The notes beneath the pieces are model-generated. The model searched no databases. It saw only the letters and a program-made list of their open reading frames with translations, and was not told the DNA's origin. Source: a virus. Taken from it: 64,000 nucleotides of DNA. The stretch is taken from positions 676 to 64,675 of IMG/VR virus record IMGVR_UViG_3300048074_000027; one strand, given 5' to 3'. A program made the position numbers and the translations under genes. Below are positions 7,687 through 17,577 of this stretch, piece after piece. The stretch's first letter is position 1; every line of letters begins with the position of its first letter.

Positions 7687-9360
7687 ATGAATGAAGATCG
7701 AACCATCAAAGCAATCGCGTGGGGAATGTTTATTGTTTGCGTTATTGCCGTTGCCTTTGCGATAGCCAGCGCGCAAACGACTGTGCAATGCCCATCAGGC
7801 CAACGCCCTGTAACCGTCGCAATCAGCACAACCGCATCACGGACAACGTGCGTTGCTGTGACGCCAACACCAACGCCAACACCTACACCTACACCTACAC
7901 CGATTACCACTCCGACTCCGACGCCAACGCCCACGCCGCAACCTACTCCCCCACCTGTGGGCGTTGCTGAGATGCCGAGAGTCTTGCTGGATTCTTCGAT
8001 GCCGGTTCAATCCGGCGGCACGATTCGCAACGTCGAAGCCGGGCAGGATTTGCAAGGCGTATTTAACGCTGCGATTCCAGGTGATACGATTGTTCTCCGT
8101 GCGGGCGCAGTCTTTACTGGACATTTCATTATCCCGACCAAAGCGCAGAACGGAAAATGGCTGATCGTTACGACCTCCAACGGATTGCCCGCGCCGGGCT
8201 CACGCGTCGGCCCGGCCAATGCCGTGAACATGCCGAAGATCGTCACGCCCGACAACGCGCCGCCTTTGGTCTTTGTAGACGGCTCAAATTTTACGCGCTT
8301 GATCGGAATTGAAATTACCTTAGCCGCTTCAGCCGTGCCAGACGCGACGAGCGGCGGGCCATACGTGAGCCGCTTGCTTGAACTTGGCTCAGACCAGACG
8401 ACGGACGCCAGCCGATTGCCAACCGACATTGTGGTTGACCGGAGCTATATTCACGGCTTGCCAACGAAGAATGTTCGCCGATGCGTGATGCTCAATTCGC
8501 GCCGGACTTCCATTGTGGATTCATATTTGAGCGACGCGCACGAAATCGGCGCGGATAGCCAGGCCATCGCCGGTTGGAATGGCCCCGGCCCTTACAAGAT
8601 CGTCAACAATCATCTCGAAGCCGCAGGCGAAAACGTGATGTTTGGCGGTTCTGATCCGAAGATTGCCGGGTTGATTCCGTCCGATATTGAATTCCGGCGC
8701 AATCTTCTCTTCAAGCCACCCGCGTGGAAAACCTCGCAATGGTCGGTGAAGAATTTGTTTGAGCTGAAGAACGCGCAACGAGTCTGGATTGACGGAAACA
8801 CGATGGACGGCATTTGGCCCGCAGGCCAGCAGGGCTTTGCCGTCCTGCTCAAGTCCGTCAATCAGGATGGCTCCGCGCCGTGGTCGCATACTGGCGATGT
8901 GACCTTCACAAACAATACCATCAAAAATTCCTTCGGCGGCATCAACCTTCTCGGCACAGATTCCAGTCAGCCGGGTGTGCGGATGAACCGCGTCCTTATT
9001 CGCAACAATGTCTTTACTGTGACGGGCGACTACTGGTTACTTGTCTGCGAAGTTGCCGACCTTCTGATTGACCGCAACACAGCGGCCAATAGCGGCAGCT
9101 TGATGCAAGCCTACGGCCCGCCGTCGCAGCGATTCATCTACACTGGCAATGTCGCCAACAGTGGCCCATTTGGGATTAAAGGCGATGGGCTAGGGCCAGG
9201 AGTCAGCACGCTGAATGTCCACTTTCCAGGCTTCGCGATGACCGGTAACGTGTTCTTTAAGGGCGAGGGCGCGAACTATCCGCCCGGCAACTTTTACGCC
9301 GCAACGCCGAATACCGGCGCAGATTTGGCCGCTATTTCCGCTGCGCAGGCCAGACCCTAA
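7687..9360 (+). CDS. Secreted right-handed beta-helix protein (pectate-lyase-like fold) with Pro-Thr linker
   Basis: Signal peptide ending ASA-Q, (PT)n linker, repeating beta-strands (DSQAIAGWNGPGPYKIVNNHLEAAGENVMFGG). Confidence 0.75.
   Translation: MNEDRTIKAIAWGMFIVCVIAVAFAIASAQTTVQCPSGQRPVTVAISTTASRTTCVAVTPTPTPTPTPTPTPITTPTPTPTPTPQPTPPPVGVAEMPRVLLDSSMPVQSGGTIRNVEAGQDLQGVFNAAIPGDTIVLRAGAVFTGHFIIPTKAQNGKWLIVTTSNGLPAPGSRVGPANAVNMPKIVTPDNAPPLVFVDGSNFTRLIGIEITLAASAVPDATSGGPYVSRLLELGSDQTTDASRLPTDIVVDRSYIHGLPTKNVRRCVMLNSRRTSIVDSYLSDAHEIGADSQAIAGWNGPGPYKIVNNHLEAAGENVMFGGSDPKIAGLIPSDIEFRRNLLFKPPAWKTSQWSVKNLFELKNAQRVWIDGNTMDGIWPAGQQGFAVLLKSVNQDGSAPWSHTGDVTFTNNTIKNSFGGINLLGTDSSQPGVRMNRVLIRNNVFTVTGDYWLLVCEVADLLIDRNTAANSGSLMQAYGPPSQRFIYTGNVANSGPFGIKGDGLGPGVSTLNVHFPGFAMTGNVFFKGEGANYPPGNFYAATPNTGADLAAISAAQARP
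7858..7950 (+). repeat. Low-complexity (ACNCCN)n repeat encoding the PT linker
   Basis: Visible tandem repeat. Confidence 0.85.
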
Positions 9361-9979
9361 GCGGCACTGTTAAAGCTCTTTCTATTGACCACCCGCGCCG
9401 CAGGCGCAGGCTGATTTGATCTTGGCTGATGCCGCATTCGGCTTCCCATTCACAAATTGTCAATGTTTTGCCGTTTAGTGTGAGTTTGGTGTTTGATCTG
9501 CGGTTTCGAGCCTGCTCGGTTCTGGTTGCCCATCTGCAATTTTCCGGTGAATAGCCGAGATCGTTGTCAGTCCGCTCAAGGGTGAGGCCGCTTGGTGCTT
9601 CGCCCATATCGGCAAAGAAGTTCTGAAAATCGCGCCATCGCTCGCATACCGTGATGCCGCGACCGCCATAACGCGAGTAGGCCGCATTCTTTGGGTTTCC
9701 GCATCGGGCAAGCATTGAAGCCCAAACGTTATAGGTAGGACTTTTGGCTTGCCCGTGCTTAACAGCATTGTTCTTTTTAAGGCAACTACAGGATTGAATC
9801 TTGCCGGATTTAAGGTGCGCGCCTCTGACTCTTGTAGTCTTCCCGCATTCGCAAAGGCATTTCCAGGCGAGACTATTGGCGCTGTATCCGTCAAGCGACT
9901 GAACAGTGAGCTTGCCGAACTTTTGGCCTGTTAAGTTCTTGAAATTGTGAATAGACGGTAGAGTTTCTTCTGTTTTCAT
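9332..9979 (-). CDS. HNH homing endonuclease (His-Me finger type)
   Basis: NLTGQKFGKLTV...WKCLCECG, YGGRGITVC, ERTDNDLGYSPENCRWAT motifs. Confidence 0.85.
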   Translation of the reverse strand: MKTEETLPSIHNFKNLTGQKFGKLTVQSLDGYSANSLAWKCLCECGKTTRVRGAHLKSGKIQSCSCLKKNNAVKHGQAKSPTYNVWASMLARCGNPKNAAYSRYGGRGITVCERWRDFQNFFADMGEAPSGLTLERTDNDLGYSPENCRWATRTEQARNRRSNTKLTLNGKTLTICEWEAECGISQDQISLRLRRGWSIERALTVPLRVWPAQRK

Positions 9980-10049
9980 TGTGCAAGTATAACACGAAAA
10001 CAACTGGCTTGCACGGTAAGTTGTATTAAACGTCGCAGTTAGGTTGTAA

Positions 10050-10556
10050 ATGGCTATTAACATTATCGCTCTTTTGATTGTTCTTGGTGTGGCAGCGCTG
10101 GTTATCGTTTGGGGATACCGTGCAAAAGACAAGCGCGTTACGGATGAAGTACTGGCGCAATGGCTCGGCTTTTTGGTCAAAGACAATGAAGACGAGCCGG
10201 AGAAGATGCCCAAAACGACGATGGCCAAGCTTGAGTTTGAAGTTTACGAGTCGGTCAACAAGTTCATCAATCCAAAGCTTGACGCGGAATATAAAGAGCG
10301 GCTTCTGAAGTTGAACAATGAAATGGCGGCGCGTGCCATCCAAGTTGAGATGGTTTCGCGCAGGATGGCCGAAGGCAAGGCGCTTTCGGCGTATGATGAC
10401 AAGATTCTGATTCGTGAGGGATTGCGAACAGATTCAACCAATGGGAGAAATGGGAATGGACGGAAGAAGCGAGATAGCGATCCAGCGTTCGTTGATGCTC
10501 AAGATCATCGGACTTTTGACGATGTGCGCGATGGTGTGCTGCCTCGCACTGAATAG
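10050..10556 (+). CDS. N-terminal TM plus coiled-coil protein
   Basis: Single TM then helical region. Confidence 0.6.
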   Translation: MAINIIALLIVLGVAALVIVWGYRAKDKRVTDEVLAQWLGFLVKDNEDEPEKMPKTTMAKLEFEVYESVNKFINPKLDAEYKERLLKLNNEMAARAIQVEMVSRRMAEGKALSAYDDKILIREGLRTDSTNGRNGNGRKKRDSDPAFVDAQDHRTFDDVRDGVLPRTE

Positions 10557-11559
10557 CTTTGCACAATGCACGCCGCCGCTGTTTCAGGGATGGCCCTCAT
10601 CGTGCTCGGTCATCAATCTGCGATGGTTGAACCGTGACGATCACACACTGATTGAGCGCTACGAAATCTACATCGGCACACAGCTTCGAGGCACAAGGCC
10701 GGGCAGTGCGCTTTCCTTCTCTGATCCTGTCGGCTGTGGCTTTGGCGCAAACTACATCATCAAGCAGGTAATGAAATCAGGCGCAACTTGCCAAACACTA
10801 ACAACGGGCGGGCCGCATACCGCGCCATGTAATCTGTGCGGCGCATCATCAAACAGTGGCGCATCCATCGTCAACAGCGCCAACTTCCGGCAAGGTGTCA
10901 GCCGCAATTCGCTGGCGTCAATCTTTCCCGATGCTGGCCAGAGCTTCACGAGCGCACCCGCCTACGCAACATCACTGCCGCTGCCAACGTCGCTTGGTGG
11001 TGTCACGGTTTCGATTGAGGGGCGGCTATGTGAGCTTGTCGCCGTCGTTCCGGCAACGGCCACCACGTCAAGCCAAATCAATTTTTACTTGCCGTCTGAC
11101 CTCGATTCGGGGCCGACGGAAACAACAGCCATCATCCTGACGACAACAGGGACATCGCCGCAGTATATCGCCAAGCCGCAACTTAACCCGAACGCGCCCG
11201 GCATCTTTACACTGGCGTCGAACGGCACAGGGCCAGCGGCGAGTAATTGGCTTATCGTGAAACCAAGTGGCCAACAGATCTGGCAGAATGCCGGAGCGCT
11301 TTCGTATAACTCACAAGATCAAGTTTTCCTTGTGCTGTATGGCACGGGCATCAATGAATCGGTTGCTGAGCTTCGCGTTACAACCGGCGTTTTCAAGGCG
11401 CTTTATTCTGGCAATAGCTGGATGACGGGCGTTCAACAGATTGTGATTCCGATTCCGATTATCAGCCTGCAAACGTGGCCAGCGCTGGTTAGTGGCACGG
11501 TGCGGATTGGGCAACCTGGATTTAGTTTTGAAAGTCAAGGCTTTGAGATTAGGAGATAA
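10495..11559 (+). CDS. Secreted protein with TIGR03437-like (Solibacter C-terminal) domain
   Basis: Signal peptide from ATG 10495; IVNSANF...LASIF...PLPTSLGGVTVSI...SQINFYLP...PGIFTLASNGTGPAA...VFLVLYGTG. Confidence 0.75.
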   Translation: MLKIIGLLTMCAMVCCLALNSFAQCTPPLFQGWPSSCSVINLRWLNRDDHTLIERYEIYIGTQLRGTRPGSALSFSDPVGCGFGANYIIKQVMKSGATCQTLTTGGPHTAPCNLCGASSNSGASIVNSANFRQGVSRNSLASIFPDAGQSFTSAPAYATSLPLPTSLGGVTVSIEGRLCELVAVVPATATTSSQINFYLPSDLDSGPTETTAIILTTTGTSPQYIAKPQLNPNAPGIFTLASNGTGPAASNWLIVKPSGQQIWQNAGALSYNSQDQVFLVLYGTGINESVAELRVTTGVFKALYSGNSWMTGVQQIVIPIPIISLQTWPALVSGTVRIGQPGFSFESQGFEIRR

Positions 11560-13054
11560 ATGAGCTATCCAACAAATCCCATCAATGTTTATCAGTGCGA
11601 GAAATGCGGCGGCGAAACCGTAACAATTGACCGCGAAGAAGGCGTAACGCCGTTTATGATCCGGTGCAGAGCGGATGCAACGTGTGGCGGAATGATGAAT
11701 TCAACGTTTTATATGGCTCCGCAAGACCTGACACCAAAGTTTGAATGGCGGAAGCCAACGCCGATTGAATACAAAAAGCTCGACAAGGCGACACGGACAG
11801 ATCACGTAGACAGGGGCGGGCTGCTTTTGTATCCCATCACGCCAGAAAAACGAATCGCTGAAATTATCAATCGTTCGCTTATGGCAACCGAGGCGGGCAA
11901 TGATTCTGCGCCGCAAGTCCAACGCAAAAAGCTAACAGCCAGCCAGCGGCGCGAACGAAGGCGGCAAAACTCAAGAGACTTGATTGCGAGATTTGCATTC
12001 GAAAGTTAGTTTCTCAAGATTAGGAGATAACTTATGAGTATCTTACCGGATGGTTTTTTTGAGCGCAATGACGGGAAATCTTACGTTGACCCCGAACAGC
12101 AAGAGCTAGCCAGAAAAGTCATCAACAGCTTCCCGGTTTATCCGCGAAGTTATGACCGGCCATTTGTTGGCGATGCTTCACTTGGCGCGGACGGTGCGCT
12201 GTTGTGTTTTTGTGGCGATCCCCGCAGCGATCACCCAGACGACGGGCCTTGCCGTCTGAACGGGCTTGGCCACGGAATGCCATCTGATGCGCCAGAGAAT
12301 CACTGTCACGCTTACCGGGCGGATAAATGACACACGCCGACCGACTTGCCGCAATGCGCGCCAAATATCAAAAGCCGCCGCGCGTGCCGCTGCCGGACGT
12401 GAAAGCGTATTGGCTGGCGCGATGGCAAAAGGCGGTAGAGAAGAAAGACAACGCAAAAACAACAAAGGAGAATAATACAAAATGAAAACAATAGAAGAGC
12501 TCACGAACGATCAAGCAAAAGACTTCGCGGAATTGATCGCAACAGGTAGCTTTCCACTTCTACCGCAATCGCTGAGCAGATTTAATCTAATTCCCGTCGC
12601 GACTGCCGCGCTAGAGCGAATTGACACTCTGCATAAAATGGCCGTGAATAACCCGCCTCAACTGCCGAATGAGGCTTAACCGGAGATAACTATGGTCAAT
12701 GGGCAAATTAAATCACCGTATAAACTGGTCGCGGTAAAATTCCAGCGCCATTACCCAGGCTACATTTACCGCAGAGAAATCATAGATGATTCGGACTATG
12801 GCGGAGATGGCAAGCTTGAAATGGTGAATTGCTATTCCGATGAAACCGGCCACTGGATTGGCGATGCGCGAACAGCCAAAGCAATTTGCAAGGATTATGG
12901 ATTAAGGCAAGTTCAGAAGCGGACGAAAGAAAGCTGCGTGGCTACAATTGGATTTCAGCCAGAAGAAAAGAAGTGGTACGGATGGAGTCACCGTGCAATC
13001 GCCGGATTTAAGACGCGAAAAGCAGCAGAAAGATTTGCCGAAAGTGTAAGTTAA
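11560..13054 (+). CDS. Small hypothetical genes (11560..12009 Zn-ribbon, 12034..12330, 12327..12485, 12482..12679, 12692..13054)
   Basis: GGAGATAA RBS at three of them; ATGA overlaps. Confidence 0.6.
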
Positions 13055-13077
13055 TAGCATCAAACATCGAGGAACCA

Positions 13078-13647
13078 ATGAAACAAAACCTACTCAGAAC
13101 CGTAATTGCCGCGCTTGTGCTGTCGTTCCCGCTCACACTGACCGGATGCCCGCAACAAGTCAGCCTTGCCAAGTTTGCGCCAACGATTGCGCCACTGGCT
13201 GCGCTTGTGCAAAAAGAATTGCCGATACTGTTGCCGCAATTGGTGGCCGCGAAAGCCATCACACAAGAAAAAGCCAACGAACTTCTGGCGATTGATTTTC
13301 AAGGCAAGGGCAAGCTGGTTGGTGATTTTCTGGTTAGTGTCGGTGCAATTAACACGGCTAATAAACAGGAAGTGCTGGACGCGCTCCAACGTGCGATTGA
13401 CCTTTTCCACCCCTTAACAAATCTCGCGCCGCCCGGTTCCGTCTTGGCGAATGTGCTGGCAGTCGGAATGAGCGGCCTTAATATCTATCACGCCGCAATT
13501 GCGATTATGCAGCCGCCAGCGGCAAGCTTTTCGATTGCGACAGAAGGCGGCAAGCCAGCGGGCGTTTCCACGGCGGACGTGAAGGCGACATTGCCGAAAT
13601 TGAGCAAGGAAGCGAAAGCAGCGATGGAAGCGGCGGGCGTGAAATAA
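13078..13647 (+). CDS. Lipoprotein
   Basis: Signal peptide with lipobox LTGC. Confidence 0.7.
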   Translation: MKQNLLRTVIAALVLSFPLTLTGCPQQVSLAKFAPTIAPLAALVQKELPILLPQLVAAKAITQEKANELLAIDFQGKGKLVGDFLVSVGAINTANKQEVLDALQRAIDLFHPLTNLAPPGSVLANVLAVGMSGLNIYHAAIAIMQPPAASFSIATEGGKPAGVSTADVKATLPKLSKEAKAAMEAAGVK

Positions 13648-13703
13648 CGCAAAGCTTGCTTGACACTGCCGGGCGATGGCCGATAATTGGCGCGAGGTTT
13701 TCT

Positions 13704-14072
13704 ATGCCGCTAATCTCTATTGGATTCGACAACGCCACGAAACTGCTCATCCGTCACTTGATTGATGCGCTCAATCGTGAGCCAACTGACAACCAAGCCA
13801 TCCTCGATGAGCTTCAAAACGTAAAAGGAATCGTTATGGCCAAAGCACAAGAACTCTTAGACAAATTCGCAGTAATCGAAACTGAGGTTGGTGAAACTGC
13901 CGCTGAGGTTGGATTGCTGAAGACTGAGATCGAAGAATTGAAAACGAAAGTTACAGGCAATGCCGAATTGGAAGCCGCTGTTGATAGCGTGCTGGCAAGG
14001 GCTGACACTGTGGCAACCGGCCTCGACAGCCTACAGCGCAAGGTTGCTCCGCCGCCTGAAGAACCTGAATAA
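13704..14072 (+). CDS. Coiled-coil protein
   Basis: GAGG RBS, heptad-rich, acidic tail. Confidence 0.6.
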   Translation: MPLISIGFDNATKLLIRHLIDALNREPTDNQAILDELQNVKGIVMAKAQELLDKFAVIETEVGETAAEVGLLKTEIEELKTKVTGNAELEAAVDSVLARADTVATGLDSLQRKVAPPPEEPE

Positions 14073-14105
14073 TTATTCGCTGCAAATCTTCTTATTCCGT
14101 TACCA

Positions 14106-14138
14106 CGGCGCACTTTTCGGAGTGCGCCGATTTTTCTT
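14106..14138 (+). terminator. Intrinsic terminator
   Basis: CGGCGCACT-TTTCGG-AGTGCGCCG then ATTTTTCTT at a convergent junction. Confidence 0.75.
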
Positions 14139-14139
14139 C

Positions 14140-14757
14140 CTACCTTTGGAGCAGTAGGGCAAGCCATCCCATCTGCTTTCGTAGTTCATCCCGCTCTCGC
14201 GTCAACTCTTCGACCTGGCGCTTTGTAATTTCAAGCTCATTGGCGAGGCGCTTATTTTCGGACTGCATCAGTTCAATCTCAACTACGCTCATAGAAACTG
14301 TCATATTCCCTCCTTCAATTCCAAAATCCAAACGTCTTTCCCCTTCCGCGTCACCTTCCGCGCCGTCGCTCCCCGCTCTTGCTCAAGTATCCACGCGGCA
14401 TCGTCTGCCGCTTCCGGCTTGCGCAGCGTCGTGTAGCCGTTAGCGCGGAGCGTGGCGAGCGCAGAGCGGCGGCGGGAGCCAGCGGCGGCGCTGGGATGGA
14501 TGGCAGGCTTAGACATTGGTGGTTTCCTCTTGCAGTCGTCGCCAAACCAAATCACCATTGCGAGCGTTGAGAATGAGTTCAAGGCCGGACTGGTCAAAAT
14601 GACAGTCATAGGCCGCGCCGCCAACGCGGACGGTGCGACCGTTTGGCGTCGGGAACCATTCTTCCGGCGTGGTGTTGATCGCGCTAACCGGGATTTTTAG
14701 CGCATCGGCAATTCTAACGTCTGCAAATTGTGTGTTTGTTGTTGCTGCCATTGTCAT
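14140..14757 (-). CDS. Three small genes (14140..14304 coiled coil, 14301..14516, 14509..14757)
   Basis: RBS-supported starts, overlapping ends. Confidence 0.6.
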
Positions 14758-15367
14758 TTTCTCCGGGTAAAGCCAAGCGGGGCAGGCTTGGCGGGGTAGC
14801 AGGGAGCGCCCGCCCTCCGTGGAAATGCCTGACGGCAGGCCGAACGGAGCCACAGAGGACGCGGCGCATAAATAATTAACGCAGGGAGTTGAGTGATTCT
14901 TGCGCGCCTTTGCGCGTGCCGTGCTCACTGACCACTGTCTGAGTTGTTTCATTCCAGACAATATAGCGACGCGATTTGCTGAAAGGCGTCCGACCGTTGG
15001 CACGGTCTTTAATGGTTACTAACTGCTGTCCGTTGTTGATGTATTTGCTTCCCATTTTCTTTTCTCCGCTCTGGTTAGCTGCATTACCCGCGACTGATTC
15101 CGCGTCGCCCGTTCGGTGGTAACTCCCAACCGCAAAAACAAGATACTACAGGTAGGGGATAAGCGCAAGGAAAAAATGACGCGTCCAACCAAATAAATCA
15201 TTAAAATCCGCACGAAGAAAAAGCGCATAGTCCCACCCAAAAGACTATGCGCCTGGCGCGACGAAGAAAAATGGAAACTAGCCACGCTACGGCTGCATCT
15301 TACGCCGCTCGGCTTCGGCTTGCAATTCTTTTCAGGCTTGGCCGTTGTTATTTTCAAGAAACAAGTC

Positions 15368-15396
15368 TTGCAGAAGTAACAATTCTACGCTATAAG
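15368..15396 (+). promoter_or_regulatory. Promoter TTGCAG-17-TATAAG, ATG 6 nt downstream
   Basis: Consensus-like hexamers. Confidence 0.55.
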
Positions 15397-15402
15397 ATGC
15401 CT

Positions 15403-15714
15403 ATGACACCTGAACAAATGGCCGCATCGCTGAAATCGAAACGCACTGAGCATCGGCTTTCCTTGCGCAAGCTTGGCAAGATTCTCAGCGTCCCATTTAC
15501 CACGCTTTCACGCATTGAGCGCGGCACTGTGCCGATGGGCGCGACATTCGCAAAGGTGCAGGAATGGCTTGAACCGGGCGGCATCGCGGCGGATACGATT
15601 ACCGCCGTCAATGCGATGATCTTTGCCGACACGAAATTGACGCCGGATGCAAAGAAGGCGCTTGGTACGCTATTCGCGGTTGCGTATCGGCAATTTACAA
15701 AGGGAGAGAAATGA
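15403..15714 (+). CDS. XRE/Cro-C1 helix-turn-helix regulator
   Basis: LKSKRTEHRLSLRKLGKILSVPFTTLSRIERG. Confidence 0.85.
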   Translation: MTPEQMAASLKSKRTEHRLSLRKLGKILSVPFTTLSRIERGTVPMGATFAKVQEWLEPGGIAADTITAVNAMIFADTKLTPDAKKALGTLFAVAYRQFTKGEK

Positions 15715-15872
15715 GCAAGCAAGCATCAGAGCCGCATATAAGAGTGGCGGCAACTTTCTGGATCATTGGCACTGCGTTGCTTATAGTGGGGTTAAACCTT
15801 GACAACTGGAAGGTTTTAGCAGTTGGCGCTCTTTGCTGGTGGTTTTCAATTAAGATTTTTGACACGCCTTAA
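15711..15872 (+). CDS. 53-aa two-TM protein (absent from ORF track)
   Basis: ATGA overlap with the HTH gene; MSKQASEPHIRVAATFWIIGTALLIVGLNLDNWKVLAVGALCWWFSIKIFDTP. Confidence 0.6.
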   Translation: MSKQASEPHIRVAATFWIIGTALLIVGLNLDNWKVLAVGALCWWFSIKIFDTP

Positions 15873-16127
15873 TTATCGAATCCGCCGCCGTTCCGCTTCC
15901 GCCTGAAGTTCCGCAAGCGTAAACAGGCTCAGCCATCGCCTTTCAATCTCCGCTTTGAGCGCAGCATCCGGCACGGCGCGCAGCAATTGCCGCCGCTCGA
16001 TTGGCAATAGGGCAGGCTTTGGCTTGCTGGCCTTCCGGCGCGGCTTTCGCTTGGCATCGGCTGCGATTGGCAACGAAAGCGCGAGTGTGAGCATCAGGAA
16101 GAAAACGCAGAATTGTTTCATTTGCAT
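15873..16127 (-). CDS. Small protein with signal peptide and basic region
   Basis: MKQFCVFFLMLTLALSLPIAADA then KRKPRRK. Confidence 0.5.
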   Translation of the reverse strand: MQMKQFCVFFLMLTLALSLPIAADAKRKPRRKASKPKPALLPIERRQLLRAVPDAALKAEIERRWLSLFTLAELQAEAERRRIR

Positions 16128-16283
16128 TAGATGGCCGCACAGCAAGCATCCCCAGTTTGCCGTGCGGCCTTTTTGTGCGTAGCCTCACCGACACCGCACA
16201 AAGGGAACGCCCGCCTGAACGCCAGTTCATTAAGCCTCTCTGACAATCCCCCGATTATGTCAAAGATGCGGCGGGCGATAAGC

Positions 16284-17567
16284 CTACAGATTTAGCGTTT
16301 GGGCGACGCTCCAATAAAACGAACCATCCCACAAGAAAACAAACGCATCGCGCTTACTCGCCGTCGTGGTTAATGTCGGCGCGGTTCCGCCGCTCCACTT
16401 GACCGATGCTGGCCAAGTTACCGTCCGGCTTCCTGTGCCATCCTGCACGATAATCACCGTTACAAGCGAGCCATTTGGCGGCGGATTATTCCACGCGGTA
16501 AACGTCACATTGCCGCCTGATGCTGTAAAAATACGTGTCACATTTGCGCCCTGACACTGGTTAAAATCTAAGGTCTGATTGCCGTTGCCTGAGCCTGTGT
16601 CAATCCTTCGACGTGCGCCGCCAACGGCAATCCATCGGGAATTCAAGTAAATGGCAAGATCATATTCACCATTCGCGCCGTTGTTGTAAGCGCAGATTGG
16701 CGCGAATCCAGTCTGACCAGTCGGCGTGCCTGATGGCATCGCATTGGAGCCGACAGCCGGAACATAAACCCATCCATCGGTATCGGTTGCGCCAATGCCG
16801 CCCTGCCCTAAAACCACGTCACCAAGATGTCCAACCTTGAGCCGCTGGCTCGCGCCGCGACACTCAACCAGTAAGGGCGGAATTAAGTTACTTGTGTTGG
16901 TTTTGAGATGAAGCAGCGGCCCGGTTGCCGACGTGTTATTGCCCTCGAGCTTAAACGCTGAGCTTGTCGAAAAATTGCCTGCCCAAACCAGCGATGTTAA
17001 ATGCGTTGCCATTGCAAGCGTCAGGTTGCCAGACGGGTCGGTCAGCGCAGACCACGATGCCGCACCGCTCGCTGTCAGTTGCGAAAAGGCCAATCCCGTT
17101 ACTCCAACCGTGATTGGGTCATTTGTTGTCAGGATGAAAAGCTTGTCTGCGTTCGTTGTGCCTTCCGCAACCGGAATCACGCACCCTGCGGTCACTTCCG
17201 CGTCCGCGTCAAAATCTGTTGCCCGCGTTGGAGCACCCGATGCAGCAACGATGTAAATGCCATTGTCTGCCGCCGTCGCTTGATCCTTAATCAAGATTCT
17301 GTTGCCAGTTGCTATCACAACACCATCAATCGTGTCTCCGTTCTCAAACGATGTAGCCAGCGTTCCGGCTCCGGTCGTGGCCACGCGCACACTTTCTTTG
17401 AAATCTACCAGTGTTGCGCCGCCCGAAACGCCAAGCGTTGCGCGTGCGGTTGCCGCGTCCGCGTCATCAACTAGCGTCAAAAAAAACGCCGATGGCGTCA
17501 CGCCCTGAATTTTGCGGACGATGCTATTAAACACATCCCCGCCAAGCGTCCTTAGTCCACGTTTCAC
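16284..17567 (-). CDS. Tail fibre-like protein
   Basis: DFKESVRVATT...TIDGV...GNRILIKDQ...NGIY motif common in phage fibres; end of tail operon. Confidence 0.75.
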   Translation of the reverse strand: MKRGLRTLGGDVFNSIVRKIQGVTPSAFFLTLVDDADAATARATLGVSGGATLVDFKESVRVATTGAGTLATSFENGDTIDGVVIATGNRILIKDQATAADNGIYIVAASGAPTRATDFDADAEVTAGCVIPVAEGTTNADKLFILTTNDPITVGVTGLAFSQLTASGAASWSALTDPSGNLTLAMATHLTSLVWAGNFSTSSAFKLEGNNTSATGPLLHLKTNTSNLIPPLLVECRGASQRLKVGHLGDVVLGQGGIGATDTDGWVYVPAVGSNAMPSGTPTGQTGFAPICAYNNGANGEYDLAIYLNSRWIAVGGARRRIDTGSGNGNQTLDFNQCQGANVTRIFTASGGNVTFTAWNNPPPNGSLVTVIIVQDGTGSRTVTWPASVKWSGGTAPTLTTTASKRDAFVFLWDGSFYWSVAQTLNL

Positions 17568-17577
17568 AATTTCACCT

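Noticed and set aside
7596-7934. Minus-strand ORF with (GV)n repeat
   Set aside because: It is the antisense shadow of the PT linker.
15019-15357. ORF in the divergent control region
   Set aside because: No RBS, overlaps hairpin and promoter elements, and the composition is unconvincing.
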